A stretch of 64,000 nucleotides of DNA from an uncultured Verrucomicrobiae bacterium (GCA_963757675.1 CAVWTH010000011.1:69682-133681), one strand, 5' to 3'. Shown: positions 18,822 to 31,491, counted from the stretch's first letter. A program made the numbers and translations. Notes: generated by a model from the sequence alone, not told the origin.

Positions 18822-19535
18822 CTACTGACTACCTTTTTTTATCGCGAAACCGATGTAGCCCCACCGGCCCCATTCGTAGTGCGAAGAGCGCTCGGCGTCG
18901 CGGCGGCCGGTTTTTTTGTCCTGCACGTAGGTTTTGGCGATGAATTCGGGAAACGCGGCATTCATCTGAACGTCGTGCGAGACGAGTAGTCCACCGTCGC
19001 GCAGGCGCGGCCAGAACTGGCGGAATTCCCAGAGCATATGGCGATAACTGTGTGAGCTGTCGTGCAGGAACATGTCTATGGATCGAGGGAGTTGATCCCG
19101 CTTCAGCAATTCTTCGATTCTGCCGCGGACCGGAATGAATCCGACTGAAACGGAGCGCAATGCGTCAGGAATTAAAGCACCCTGCTCGCAGTCTTCGCTC
19201 AATTCGATGCTGTAGAGTTTGGCTGTCGTGAGTTTTTCGTCGGCCAACGCTTTCAAAATAAAAGCTGAAGACATCCCAACAAATCCCCCCGATTCGACGA
19301 CCACAACCGGCCGAAGCCAGCGGGTCAGTGCGTAAAGCGTTGCGCAATCGAGCGCACCCATCACTCCTTCGGCGCCGTATGTGTCACGGCGGCGGATCAT
19401 TTCCGCCATGAAATCGCTTCGTCGGATTTCTTGCGCGAATCGAGCAACCGCGTCCCACATTGCATAAAAGGATGCAGGCTGAATTTGATCGCGGTTATTG
19501 GCTTGGCCTTTTCCAGACCACTGAAATACGTGCAT
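18822..19535 (-). CDS. class I SAM-dependent methyltransferase (Methyltransf_24-like)
   Basis: VVVESGGFVGMSSAFIL (motif I-like) ..IELSED..MFLHDSSHSYRHMLWEF..LRDGGLLVSHDV. Confidence 0.6.
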   Translation of the reverse strand: MHVFQWSGKGQANNRDQIQPASFYAMWDAVARFAQEIRRSDFMAEMIRRRDTYGAEGVMGALDCATLYALTRWLRPVVVVESGGFVGMSSAFILKALADEKLTTAKLYSIELSEDCEQGALIPDALRSVSVGFIPVRGRIEELLKRDQLPRSIDMFLHDSSHSYRHMLWEFRQFWPRLRDGGLLVSHDVQMNAAFPEFIAKTYVQDKKTGRRDAERSSHYEWGRWGYIGFAIKKGSQ

Positions 19536-19729
19536 ATTGGGTGGGAAATCGAAAACATTGGCAGTACTTTCAGTAGAGGCGAATGTTAAATTCGTGAATT
19601 CCGTTCTTAGACACCCCGATTCGCAATCCCGGCGATTCGCGACGGCGCCAATCGCAGCACGCGAAAGCGCACTCCCGGAAGTCGCCCTTTTTTCATGGCT
19701 ATGCTGTGCTTAATTCTTCCGCTTTCCCC

Positions 19730-20047
19730 ATGAGCAGTAAACCGAAGCCGCGCGAGGCGGAGCTTAACTTTGAAGGCGCGATGGATCGGCTTGAGAAAAT
19801 TGTCGAACAGATGGAGTCGGGTAAATTGCCACTCGAAGATCTGATCGTGCGCTACGAGGAGGGAATGAATCTGGTAAAGATTTGCCAGGAACGGCTCGCC
19901 AAAGCGGAGCAAAAGATCGAAATCATTGCTCGCAATAGCGCCGGCAAACCGGTAGTGAAAGAATTCGAGCCGGCGCAGGAACCGGCTACTTCCGAGAGAG
20001 CAGCGTCCGAATCCGAAAGCACCGATGACGAAATCAAACTCTTCTGA
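19730..20047 (+). CDS. xseB: exodeoxyribonuclease VII small subunit
   Basis: LNFEGAMDRLEKIVEQMESGKLPLEDLIVRYEEGMNLVKICQERLAKAEQKIEII. ATG at 19730. Confidence 0.88.
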   Translation: MSSKPKPREAELNFEGAMDRLEKIVEQMESGKLPLEDLIVRYEEGMNLVKICQERLAKAEQKIEIIARNSAGKPVVKEFEPAQEPATSERAASESESTDDEIKLF

Positions 20048-21971
20048 CAATTCCCAAACCTCTGAGACGGCAGCCACGCCGAAGCGTTTGCTCGATGGCA
20101 TCCGTTCGCCGGCTGACATCAAGGCGCTGCGGGAACAGGATCTGCCGCAGCTTGCGCAGGAAGTGCGCGAAGATCTGATCAGAGTTCTGTCCCAAACCGG
20201 CGGCCACCTCGGACCGAACCTCGGCGTCGTGGAGCTAACAATTGCATTGCATCGCGTGTTCGATACGCCGCGCGACCGGTTCGTGATGGACGTCAGTCAC
20301 CAGGGTTACGTCCACAAAATGTTTACGGGGCGGCTCGATCGATTTCATACGATGCGCCAATTCGGCGGCCTCAACGGTTTCCTTTTGCGAACTGAAAGCG
20401 AACACGATTGCTATGGGGCTGGTCACGCCGGAACGGCGCTTTCCGCCGGCCTCGGCATGGCCGTCGGGCGTGATTTGAAGGGAGGCAACGAGAATATCGT
20501 GGTCGTGGCGGGCGACGCCGCATTCACCTGCGGAATCAGTTACGAAGCGCTTAACAATGTCAAAACGCACACGAAGCGTTTCATCGTGGTGCTCAATGAC
20601 AACGAATGGTCGATCGCAAAAAATGTTGGCGCGATCGCCAATTACCTGAACAGCATCGTGACAAATCCCACTTACGCGCATCTGCACGATAAGGCGCGCG
20701 ATTTCGTCCAGGCGATTCTTGGAAAAACCGGCGTGCAGCTCGCGCACAAGGTGGAAGAAAGCGTCAAGGGTTTGCTCGTGCCGAGCGTGATTTTTGAAGA
20801 GCTGGGTCTGCGCTACTACGGCCCGATCGATGGACACGATATTCCGTTATTGATCCGAACATTCGAGTTTTTGAAAACGCAGGACGAGCCGGTGCTGCTG
20901 CACATTCTCACCAAGAAAGGCAAGGGATACGAACCGGCCATTAAACAGCCCGACAAATTTCACGGACTCGGCAAATACAAGATCGAAAGCGGCGAGACTG
21001 CTCCGGCGCCTACGCCCACCTATTCGGAAATCATTGGCAAGACACTGGCGAAATTCGCGGAGACCAACCAGAAGCTCGTCGCAATCACCGCGGCGATGCC
21101 GAGTGGGACCGGCCTTTCCCATTTCGCCAAGGCGCATCCGGATCGGTACTTCAACGTCGGCATTGCGGAAGAGCACGCCGCGCTTTTTGCCTGCGGCTTG
21201 GCGACGCAAGGGATGACGCCGTTTCTTACGATCTATTCCACGTTTTTTCAGCGCGCCTACGACATGGCGATTCACGACATGGCAATCCAGAAATTAAACG
21301 TCAGGCTCTGCATGGACCGGGCTGGATTAAGCGGCGACGACGGCCCGACCCATCATGGATTGTTCGACATCGGTTATCTGCGCCACATCCCGAATTGGGT
21401 GCACATGCAACCGAAGAACGAAGATGAATTCGTCGATATGCTCTGGACAATGGCGCACTACAATTCCGGTCCAATCGCCGTCCGTTACCCGCGAGGTCCA
21501 GGGACGGGCGCGCAAATCAAATCGGAGCCAAAGCTTCTCGAGATTGGCAAAGCGGAAGTCGTGCAACACGGCCGCGACGTGGCAATTTTCGGATTGGGCA
21601 ACCTGTTTGAAGTTGCGGAAGAAGCGGCGCGCAAGCTTGAAGAAAAAGGAATCTCGGTTGCACTTATCAATCCCCGCTGGATCAAGCCGATGGACACCGG
21701 AACACTGGAATTTTTCGCGCGCAGTGTGGACGTCGTCTGCACGATCGAAGACCATGTTTTGTACAACGGTTTTGGTTGCGCGGTAATGGAACATTTGCAC
21801 TCGCAAATGATCAACACGCCGGTCGTGCGGATCGGCTGGCCTGACCAATTCATCGAGCACGGCGCAGTCCCGATCCTGCGCAAGAAGCACGGCATCACAG
21901 CGGATGCACTCTTGGAAAAAGTTCTCCCGCTTCTGCGCAAGAAATCCAAGCTCACACCATCTGTAGCCTGA
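20025..21971 (+). CDS. dxs: 1-deoxy-D-xylulose-5-phosphate synthase
   Basis: GGHLGPNLGVVELTIALH..DVSHQGY.HK..GAGHAGTALSAGLG..GDAAFTCGISYEALNN..NDNEWSI..MPSGTGL..GIAEEHA..DRAGLSGDDGPTHHG. Confidence 0.96.
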   Translation: MTKSNSSDNSQTSETAATPKRLLDGIRSPADIKALREQDLPQLAQEVREDLIRVLSQTGGHLGPNLGVVELTIALHRVFDTPRDRFVMDVSHQGYVHKMFTGRLDRFHTMRQFGGLNGFLLRTESEHDCYGAGHAGTALSAGLGMAVGRDLKGGNENIVVVAGDAAFTCGISYEALNNVKTHTKRFIVVLNDNEWSIAKNVGAIANYLNSIVTNPTYAHLHDKARDFVQAILGKTGVQLAHKVEESVKGLLVPSVIFEELGLRYYGPIDGHDIPLLIRTFEFLKTQDEPVLLHILTKKGKGYEPAIKQPDKFHGLGKYKIESGETAPAPTPTYSEIIGKTLAKFAETNQKLVAITAAMPSGTGLSHFAKAHPDRYFNVGIAEEHAALFACGLATQGMTPFLTIYSTFFQRAYDMAIHDMAIQKLNVRLCMDRAGLSGDDGPTHHGLFDIGYLRHIPNWVHMQPKNEDEFVDMLWTMAHYNSGPIAVRYPRGPGTGAQIKSEPKLLEIGKAEVVQHGRDVAIFGLGNLFEVAEEAARKLEEKGISVALINPRWIKPMDTGTLEFFARSVDVVCTIEDHVLYNGFGCAVMEHLHSQMINTPVVRIGWPDQFIEHGAVPILRKKHGITADALLEKVLPLLRKKSKLTPSVA

Positions 21972-21978
21972 CAAAAGC

Positions 21979-22010
21979 GAAGGGCGCCTTCGTTGCCGAA
22001 AGCGCCCTTC
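21979..22010. terminator. stem-loop between the dxs stop and the rnpB 3' end
   Basis: GAAGGGCGC-14 nt-GCGCCCTTC, a perfect 9-bp stem. No strong U-tract. Positioned to end both convergent transcripts. Confidence 0.45.
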
Positions 22011-22013
22011 ATA

Positions 22014-22424
22014 GTTTTGATGGCGATAAGCCGAATTCTGTCGGCGTGATTGCTCACGCTGATGATCATTCATCTCATCCAGATTTCTCCGAATGCCCGG
22101 CGAATTTTACTTCGCCATGATGCGACGATACCCGAGGATTAATCGGGCCGGCTGCCCTTCCTCTGTTTTGTCTTGCACCGCATGGGGTTTTTCGTGCCTC
22201 GTGAATTGCTCCGCGAGCGGTGAGCTCTTACCTCGCCTTTTCACCCTTACCTGTGCTTTTCTCAAAGAACCGGCGGTGTGTTTTCTGTGACACTTTCCGT
22301 CGTCGCAATTTTTCAACTGCGACGCCCGCGTATTTTACGCGGCATGCTGCCGTATGGTGTTCGGACTTTCCTCCAGCAAATCCCGTCACGCGGGACTCAC
22401 CAGCGATCATCTGCCATCGACAAG
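22014..22424 (-). ncRNA. rnpB: RNase P RNA, bacterial type A
   Basis: The reverse complement contains GGAGGAAAGTCCGAACACC, GGTAAGGGTGAAAAGGCGAGGTAAGAGCTCACCG and ACAGAATTCGGCTTATCGCC in canonical order. P1 is GATGGC/GCCATC. A TGATATACT extended -10-like box lies just upstream. Ends are +/-10 nt. Confidence 0.9.
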
Positions 22425-22521
22425 AAGTATATCACAATCAGGAAAGCAGGAAAGGTAGGAGCGGTCGAGATCGCGCGTCCAGTCTAACTTTCCTGGGTTC
22501 CTGTATTCCTGATTTTTTAAT

Positions 22522-23010
22522 TCAAAAAGGCGACGGAACGTTCATCAGAAATATCGCGATCATCGCAAGGCCGATAATCAGTTTGGCGGCCATGGCGCCG
22601 AGGTTTCCGGGCAAACTTCCCCAACCCGCGCGACCCGCATCGATCATTCGTTTCCCCGCGATGAATTCGCCGGCCACCGCGCCGATGACCGGCCCGGCGA
22701 ACAATCCAATGATTCCAAAAAAAAGACCTACAAGCATCCCAACAATCGCGCCGAGCGCGCCCCATTTTGTAGCGCCAAAATATTTCGCTCCAAAATAGCT
22801 GCCAAGAAAGTCGAACACGTAGGAAAGAAGCGTGAGTAGCACGAGAACAACGAGTGTTTTCCAACCGGCGCTCTTCCCCTCGCCCAGTGCGAGGCGATGG
22901 ATGATCGCCGCAGCGAGAATGATCGTTGTGCCGGGAAGAACGGGGACGATCGTGCCTATCAGGCCAACTGCGACGAGTGCGATCGTGAAAAACCACCAGA
23001 AGAGTTCCAT
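22522..23010 (-). CDS. DUF456 family membrane protein
   Basis: MELFWWFFTIALVAVGLIGTIVPVLPGTTIILAAAII.. with Gly-rich TM helices. Family assignment is from memory. Confidence 0.65.
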   Translation of the reverse strand: MELFWWFFTIALVAVGLIGTIVPVLPGTTIILAAAIIHRLALGEGKSAGWKTLVVLVLLTLLSYVFDFLGSYFGAKYFGATKWGALGAIVGMLVGLFFGIIGLFAGPVIGAVAGEFIAGKRMIDAGRAGWGSLPGNLGAMAAKLIIGLAMIAIFLMNVPSPF

Positions 23011-23013
23011 GGA

Positions 23014-23094
23014 GACGTGAATCGTAATTCGAGACTCGTGAATCGTGAATCAAGAAGACCTTCGATGTAACGATTTAACGAATCTCGATTCACG
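23014..23094. repeat. ATCG-rich dispersed repeat, copy A
   Basis: CGTGAATCG occurs three times plus an inverted CGATTCACG. It shares an identical 22-mer CGATGTAACGATTTAACGAATC (23062-23083) with copy B at 59830-59851. Confidence 0.7.
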
Positions 23095-23166
23095 TTCTGC
23101 TTTGACCCGCCACATCTCGATCCTATACTGAATTTTCGGAAAACAAGATCAACCTCGGAGACATTT

Positions 23167-23662
23167 ATGCCACTTGTTGTTGGAACCAAAGCGCCAGATT
23201 TCACCTTATCGACCAAAACCGCTGACGGTCCGAAGCAGATCAAGCTGAGCGACAATTTCGGAAAGAAAAACACATTGCTGCTTTTCTTTCCCATGGCGTT
23301 CACGGGCACTTGCACAACTGAGATGTGCGAAGTCAGCGAGGGTTTAAATGCCTACACTGATCTAAATGCCAGCGTTTACGGGATCAGCGGCGACAATCCA
23401 TTTGCTCAGGAAGCGTGGGCGCAGAAGGAGAAGATCACTGTGCCGCTACTGAGCGACTATGACCATAAGGTCGCAAAGGAATATGGCGTAATGTACGACT
23501 CCTTCCTGCCGCAAATGAATCTCGGCATGGCCGGCGTGCCGAAACGCTCTGCGTTCGTCATCGATAAAAATGGCGTGATTCAATACTCGGAGAGCAACGA
23601 CGACGCGCGCGCAGTTGCCAAACTTCGAGAAGATCAAAGCGAAGCTCGCTGATCTGAAATGA
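23167..23662 (+). CDS. peroxiredoxin (AhpC/TSA-redoxin family); last ~16 codons appear frame-shifted
   Basis: GTKAPDFTL..LLFFPMAFTGTCTTEMC (PxxxTxxC). The ORF as written ends at 23652 (..AVAKLREDQSEAR*). The +1 frame gives QLPNFEKIKAKLADLK* ending at 23662, which looks like the native tail. Confidence 0.82.
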
Positions 23663-23672
23663 TGTGTAACAA

Positions 23673-25445
23673 GTGAAATTTTCGTGTCCTTCGTTCGCGC
23701 GGTGGCGTTCGGGAGCGTTGGCGGCTTTCACTCGGTTTCCCTGGAACATTCTCTGCAGCGCGACCGGCGCCGCGTGTTTGATCACGCTGATCCACATCGA
23801 GCACAACGAGTGGCTCGAAGGAGAGTGTGTGCGTTTGGCAATGGCCTCGGCCATTGGCATGCCGCTGTTTTTTTCGCTGCGCATACTGCGCGAACGAATT
23901 CCGAAATTCACTCGATGGCCGATCGAAATTGTCGGCCTGTTTGTTCTCGCGGGATGGTTTTTTGCCCAGCCGGCCTCGCCGCTGCGGTTACCGGGAATCA
24001 TCTGGATTCAATGGCTGCTTCTTTTGGCGGCACTGCATTGTGTCGCTGCTGTTTCCGCGCATTTCTCGCGGTGCGAGAGGTTGGGCTTCTGGCAATTTAA
24101 CCGCTGCCTCTTTGTCCGGTTTTGTCTCGCGACCCTTTACACCGTCGTCCTGACCGCCGGCTTGGAATTGGCAATGCTCAGCGCCGACAAACTTTTTCAG
24201 CTCAATCTCAGCAAAGAATACGGCGATTTATTCTTCCTGATGCTCGGTCTATTTCATCCCACATTTTTCCTGGCCGGTGTGCCGCGTGATTTCGAAGCGC
24301 TCGATGTCGAGACTGATTATCCGCGTGGATTAAAGGCGTTCACTCAATTCGCGCTCGCGCCACTGGTCGCAGTCTACACTGCGATTCTTTACGCCTACGC
24401 AATCAAAATCATCGTTATCCGAAGCTGGCCACACGGTTGGGTGGCGTTGCCCGTCCTGCTCTTATCAGGAATTGGCATTCTTGCTTTCCTCCTGCTTTTG
24501 CCACTCCGTAGTCGGCCGGAAGAAAAGTGGGCGCGCTGGTTCACAACAAATTTTCCACGCGCGCTCGCGCCGCTCGCTGTACTTCTACTGATCTCAGTCC
24601 TTATCCGCGCTCGCGAATACGGGATCACCGAGGTGCGTTATGTCGGAATCGTGGCGGCGCTTTGGATATTTGCGTGGGCGATTGTTTTTATTCTGCGCCA
24701 AAACGCCGGTATTCGGTGGATTCCATCAAGCCTCGCGATCATTGCGGTGTCGTGCGCATTCGGCCCGTGGAGCGCAGGAGAAATTTCAAAAATGAGCCAG
24801 CTAAAACGACTCAAGAACATGCTCCAGGCGCACGGAATGTGGAAAGACGATCATGCACACGCGCCTGGCGAGACCGTCGAACTTTCAAAAGCCGAAGAAA
24901 CCAACCTGCGAAGCACACTCAATTATCTAATCGGCACGCATGGCGGCATGACGATCAAGCGCATCTTCGAGCCCTCGGTGCTTTATCGCGATTGGCAGAA
25001 GTTGATCGTATGGCAGGCCGCCGGCGATATCGTCACAGCGCTCAACATCGCCACTCAGGAGGAATCCCCCCAGCTTATCTTTGTTCGCCGCAAAGCGGAC
25101 AGTTTTCTGGATGTGCAGGATTTCCGTCGAATGTGGAAGGTCAATCTCTACTCATCGAATCCAACGTGGAATCCCAGACGCTCCGGAGGTGTGGCGATTG
25201 GAATAGAACAGGGAGCATTGAAGCTGACAACCGGCGATGACAACGCCCGAAAGGAAATATCGCTCCAACGGATCTTCGATCGTATTCAGTCGAGCAGAGG
25301 TCAACAGTTACCCGATGAAGATCTGACGATCGATTTTCAAAATGGGACTCGTGCCTTTAGGATCGTCTTCGAATCACTGACCGTACGGCGCGAAACGAAT
25401 GGCCTGAGTCTCAACGCCAGCGAGCTTTATTTGCTTCAGAAGTGA
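23673..25445 (+). CDS. polytopic membrane protein with a C-terminal soluble domain (DUF4153-like)
   Basis: 590 aa. About 10 TM helices in the first ~380 aa, then a hydrophilic domain. Family name is tentative. Confidence 0.4.
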   Translation: MKFSCPSFARWRSGALAAFTRFPWNILCSATGAACLITLIHIEHNEWLEGECVRLAMASAIGMPLFFSLRILRERIPKFTRWPIEIVGLFVLAGWFFAQPASPLRLPGIIWIQWLLLLAALHCVAAVSAHFSRCERLGFWQFNRCLFVRFCLATLYTVVLTAGLELAMLSADKLFQLNLSKEYGDLFFLMLGLFHPTFFLAGVPRDFEALDVETDYPRGLKAFTQFALAPLVAVYTAILYAYAIKIIVIRSWPHGWVALPVLLLSGIGILAFLLLLPLRSRPEEKWARWFTTNFPRALAPLAVLLLISVLIRAREYGITEVRYVGIVAALWIFAWAIVFILRQNAGIRWIPSSLAIIAVSCAFGPWSAGEISKMSQLKRLKNMLQAHGMWKDDHAHAPGETVELSKAEETNLRSTLNYLIGTHGGMTIKRIFEPSVLYRDWQKLIVWQAAGDIVTALNIATQEESPQLIFVRRKADSFLDVQDFRRMWKVNLYSSNPTWNPRRSGGVAIGIEQGALKLTTGDDNARKEISLQRIFDRIQSSRGQQLPDEDLTIDFQNGTRAFRIVFESLTVRRETNGLSLNASELYLLQK

Positions 25446-25517
25446 CCTCTCCCTGTGAATTTACGAGGGTTGCGTTGTCTTCACGCGTGCGGAACTTGTC
25501 TATCTGTATAAACCAAG

Positions 25518-28403
<2,886 letters not shown>

Positions 28404-28406
28404 GTT

Positions 28407-28430
28407 CTGCGGTCACAGACCGCGCTACAG
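28407..28430 (-). repeat. single TGTAG REP
   Basis: Reverse complement is CTGTAG-CGCGGTC-TGT-GACCGCAG. Its TAG is the stop codon of the 28425..29135 gene. Confidence 0.65.
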
Positions 28431-29135
28431 AAGAATCTCGCGCTTTTGGACGATGATCGGTGAACCGTCGGCAATGAATGCGGAGCGAGGCGGTTGATTC
28501 AAGGCTTCGGCGAATTGTTCCCCGTAAAGGCCTGCAACGTCTGCGTCGAATTCGAACCGGATCGCGTTCCAAATTTTCCAGCGTGGATGTTCCACGCGAT
28601 ATTCGCTGCAGCCGTTGCGCAGGGCGGTGTAACCCCAGTAATGTTCGGTAATAAATTCGGCGTGGGAGCCTACTGGAATCGCTTCCGGGCCGCCGGCCGC
28701 GTTCATCTTGAGCGATTCCCATTTTCGGCCGCGTCGCCACGAGTATTCCACTCTCAAATTTCCGTTGAGATCTTCGATTTCATGTTTCATTGGGACGGCA
28801 ACATAGTTTTCGCCGTAAAATGTGCGCGCGACGAAAGCGATTGCGCGACGTGGCACCAGTTCCCGGACAAAAACAACGCCGCGCCGCCACGTGTCTGCCG
28901 ATTTCCTCCTCACGTAGAAACGCAAATTCACTTCTTCGAAATCGCGATGAAGTGGAATGGGAAGGCCCAGAAGACGGGTGTCGAGGAAGAGAAATCCGAC
29001 CACACTGAGGAAAGTCTCGCCGTTGCGGAAGTCGCTTTCGGTGCCGAGCGGAACGAGCGGAGCGATCAGGCGAGGATCGACAACGTAATTCAACATCGCC
29101 AGATAACGCCAGTTGGCCGTGAGAAATGGTTGCAT
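28425..29135 (-). CDS. DUF2071 (YqjF-like) domain protein
   Basis: FLTANWRYLAMLNYVVDP..LVPLGTE.D..GETFLSVVGFLF..FEEVNLRFYVRR. Confidence 0.7.
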   Translation of the reverse strand: MQPFLTANWRYLAMLNYVVDPRLIAPLVPLGTESDFRNGETFLSVVGFLFLDTRLLGLPIPLHRDFEEVNLRFYVRRKSADTWRRGVVFVRELVPRRAIAFVARTFYGENYVAVPMKHEIEDLNGNLRVEYSWRRGRKWESLKMNAAGGPEAIPVGSHAEFITEHYWGYTALRNGCSEYRVEHPRWKIWNAIRFEFDADVAGLYGEQFAEALNQPPRSAFIADGSPIIVQKREILL

Positions 29136-29202
29136 GCTTTTCAAGCATCAACTGCGCGCACGCGACATCGCGCGGCGAACCGTTCCGCCTCGGATGTTCC
29201 GG

Positions 29203-31263
29203 TCACTGCAACAGTCTTTCCAGTGATGGACTGGGTTGTGTGCCGAGCGCAGTCGCCCGCGCATAATGTTCTCTGGCAAGTTCCTTCGATGAAGGCTGCG
29301 TTGTAATCAGAATGACCGCCAGATTAAAATGGGCGTCGGCGTAGTTGGGATCCTTCGTGATCGCTTGGAGCATCTCTTTTTCTGCCTCTTGCTGCCGGCC
29401 TTTCTGACTGGCCGTGATACCAAGGTAGTTGTGAGCGGTGGCGCTGTTTGGATTGATCTCGATCGCCTTTCTTAATTCCGTCAGCGCATCGTCGAACCTG
29501 GACTGCCGATAATGAACAATGCCCAGCGTGGTGAGCACAAAATCATCATTCGGCGCAATGGCCACGGCTTTCTTCAGCGTTGACTCCGCGGATCGAATCT
29601 TGCCGATGCGAAAGTAAACCACCCCAAGATTGGACAGCGCGTCGAGGTTGTTCGGATCTTTCGTCAGAATCTGCTGATATTGCTTTTCCGCTGTTCGAAA
29701 TTTGCCTCGCTCAACGTTTTTCCGCGCAGTGCGCGCAACTTCCTGAAGTTCGTTCGGCAGAGCCTTGGCAGCGGCTGTTGCCGTCGTGTCCGATTTCGCG
29801 GGAGTAACAGATCTCGCCGGCGATTTCTTTTCGAAAACAAAACTCGCTTTGAACACTCCGGGCTTCTCATCGGAGATTGAGACCACCGGCTGTCGGAACA
29901 GAGCCAGTTCTTCGCTGGTTAATTTGGTCACCGGTTGCGCGAGGAATTCGATTTCTTTGTTCAGCAAGTCTGACCTGACTTTCAGTCTATCCAGCTCCGC
30001 CAGGACCAGCTTTCTTGCCTCGTCGCGACGCGCCTCTTCCTGTCGTTCGCGTACAATAATGTTTCGGAGCAATTCGTTTTCTCTCGCAAGCTGGGGAGAC
30101 TCCTCGGTGGCCAGCTTGGCGGCCTGAAGCTCCGCGCCCGCGTGTTCGAGCTCAACATCAAGCTCCGCGGCCCGCGCTGCCAGATAGTGATTTCTATTCT
30201 GGGTTTCGGTCAGCTGCTGCTGAAGCTGTGCCATCTGTTGTTCCATCTCGTTCAATTTCCCGGCGTTTTCGGGGTCGGCGTCGCCAAGTGTCCTGACCTT
30301 CTCTTCTGCGGTCGCGAGTTTCTGTTGCAGGTCATTCTTCTCGGCCAGGAGCGCTTGGAAACGCTGTTCCATTTCCTTCGCGGATCTCAATTGGGAGAGT
30401 GCGTCGTCGCGTTCACGCTCGAGCGCAACGATGTGATTATTTGCCTCGGCAAAACCTGCCTGAGTGTTGTCCCTTTGCTTTTCTGCTGTCACACGCGCTT
30501 CATCGGCTGCAACAACCGCTTGTTTCAATTCGGCAATCTGCGTACGCAACTGCTCCCGTTCCGTGTCACGGTCGGCGTCCGACGCCCTGGAAGCCTTGAG
30601 TGATTCCTGGACCTGAGTGAGCTGATCGTGCGCCTGACGTTCGGATTTCTTCGCTTGATCGAGATCGGTCTGAACTCGCTCTAGCTTTGAATTTGTCTCT
30701 TTCAGACGCGTATCGACTGATTCCTTTTCTTTCCGTGCGCTTTCCAGGTCGCCACGTGTTTTGTCGAGCGCTGTTTGCAGTTGATTAACTTTGTCGCGCA
30801 ATTTTTTGGTTGCATCCTTCGTCGCGGTATCGCGTGAGCTATCGCTCGCGGTCTCATTCGGTTGGGGCGCCACCGCTTCCGGGCCAGGCTCGGACCAGGC
30901 GTCACTCTCAGGCGCTGCCGGGGCAATTTCTGGCAAAGGGCTGGCGCTGGCGCTCAGCTGGGTCTGTCTCGTCATTCGCTCCTGAAGTCGGAGGATACCT
31001 TCGCTGATTTTGCGCCCGCGATATTCCACAACCGCCGGTTGCCAGCCAGCGTGCGACTTGCGTAACTCCTCGATCAGGCTGCCGGCGAAGCGATACTTCG
31101 CTAAAGCAGTCTTGAATCGGCTTTGGTGCTCTAGTTTCTCAGCCTGTTGTGCGGAGAGATAAGCTTTAAGAAAAATGTCGCTCGGGTCATCTTGTTGCCC
31201 GACGGCGATCCCGGTTGTGGCGAGGAAAAACAAAACCGCGACCCAAGCCGCCCCACGCCGCAT
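29203..31263 (-). CDS. secreted coiled-coil / tetratricopeptide-repeat protein
   Basis: Signal-like MRRGAAWVAVLFFLATTGIAVG, a long heptad-rich central region, and C-terminal TPRs (..YQQILTKDPNNLDALSNLGVVYF..AIAPNDDFVLTTLGIVHY..AIEINPNSATAHNYLG..). ORF extends to 31329. Confidence 0.75.
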   Translation of the reverse strand: MRRGAAWVAVLFFLATTGIAVGQQDDPSDIFLKAYLSAQQAEKLEHQSRFKTALAKYRFAGSLIEELRKSHAGWQPAVVEYRGRKISEGILRLQERMTRQTQLSASASPLPEIAPAAPESDAWSEPGPEAVAPQPNETASDSSRDTATKDATKKLRDKVNQLQTALDKTRGDLESARKEKESVDTRLKETNSKLERVQTDLDQAKKSERQAHDQLTQVQESLKASRASDADRDTEREQLRTQIAELKQAVVAADEARVTAEKQRDNTQAGFAEANNHIVALERERDDALSQLRSAKEMEQRFQALLAEKNDLQQKLATAEEKVRTLGDADPENAGKLNEMEQQMAQLQQQLTETQNRNHYLAARAAELDVELEHAGAELQAAKLATEESPQLARENELLRNIIVRERQEEARRDEARKLVLAELDRLKVRSDLLNKEIEFLAQPVTKLTSEELALFRQPVVSISDEKPGVFKASFVFEKKSPARSVTPAKSDTTATAAAKALPNELQEVARTARKNVERGKFRTAEKQYQQILTKDPNNLDALSNLGVVYFRIGKIRSAESTLKKAVAIAPNDDFVLTTLGIVHYRQSRFDDALTELRKAIEINPNSATAHNYLGITASQKGRQQEAEKEMLQAITKDPNYADAHFNLAVILITTQPSSKELAREHYARATALGTQPSPSLERLLQ

Positions 31264-31410
31264 TACGCAGCAGTGCAGCGCCAAGCCTAACCGGCTGGGG
31301 AGAGGTTTCCGGTCCACCGGCGCTGACAATTAGTGGAGTGACCGGCAAAAGTCGAGCCCTTTGTTTGCAAAGGGCAAGCGGAATCTTAGAATCTGTTTCG
31401 CGTTAATTGT

Positions 31411-31483
31411 GGTGGCCGTAGCTCAATGGTAGAGCCCCAGATTGTGGTTCTGGTTGTTGCGGGTTCGAGTCCCGTCGGCCACC
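31411..31483 (+). tRNA. tRNA-His (anticodon GTG) with encoded G-1
   Basis: G-GTGGCCG-TA-GCTC-AATGGT-AGAGC-C-CCAGA-TTGTGGT-TCTGG-TTGTT-GCGGG-TTCGAGT-CCCGT-CGGCCAC-C. Confidence 0.92.
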
Positions 31484-31491
31484 CAGCTTCG

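Noticed and set aside
16492-22073. Long antisense ORFs: 16492..17097, 19607..20122, 20235..20837, 20847..21275, 21327..22073
   Set aside because: They oppose well-supported genes (gcvT, xseB, dxs) and carry no family signatures. The same reasoning applies to 28494..29306, 42563..43195, 47347..47985, 51627..52370 and 296..799.
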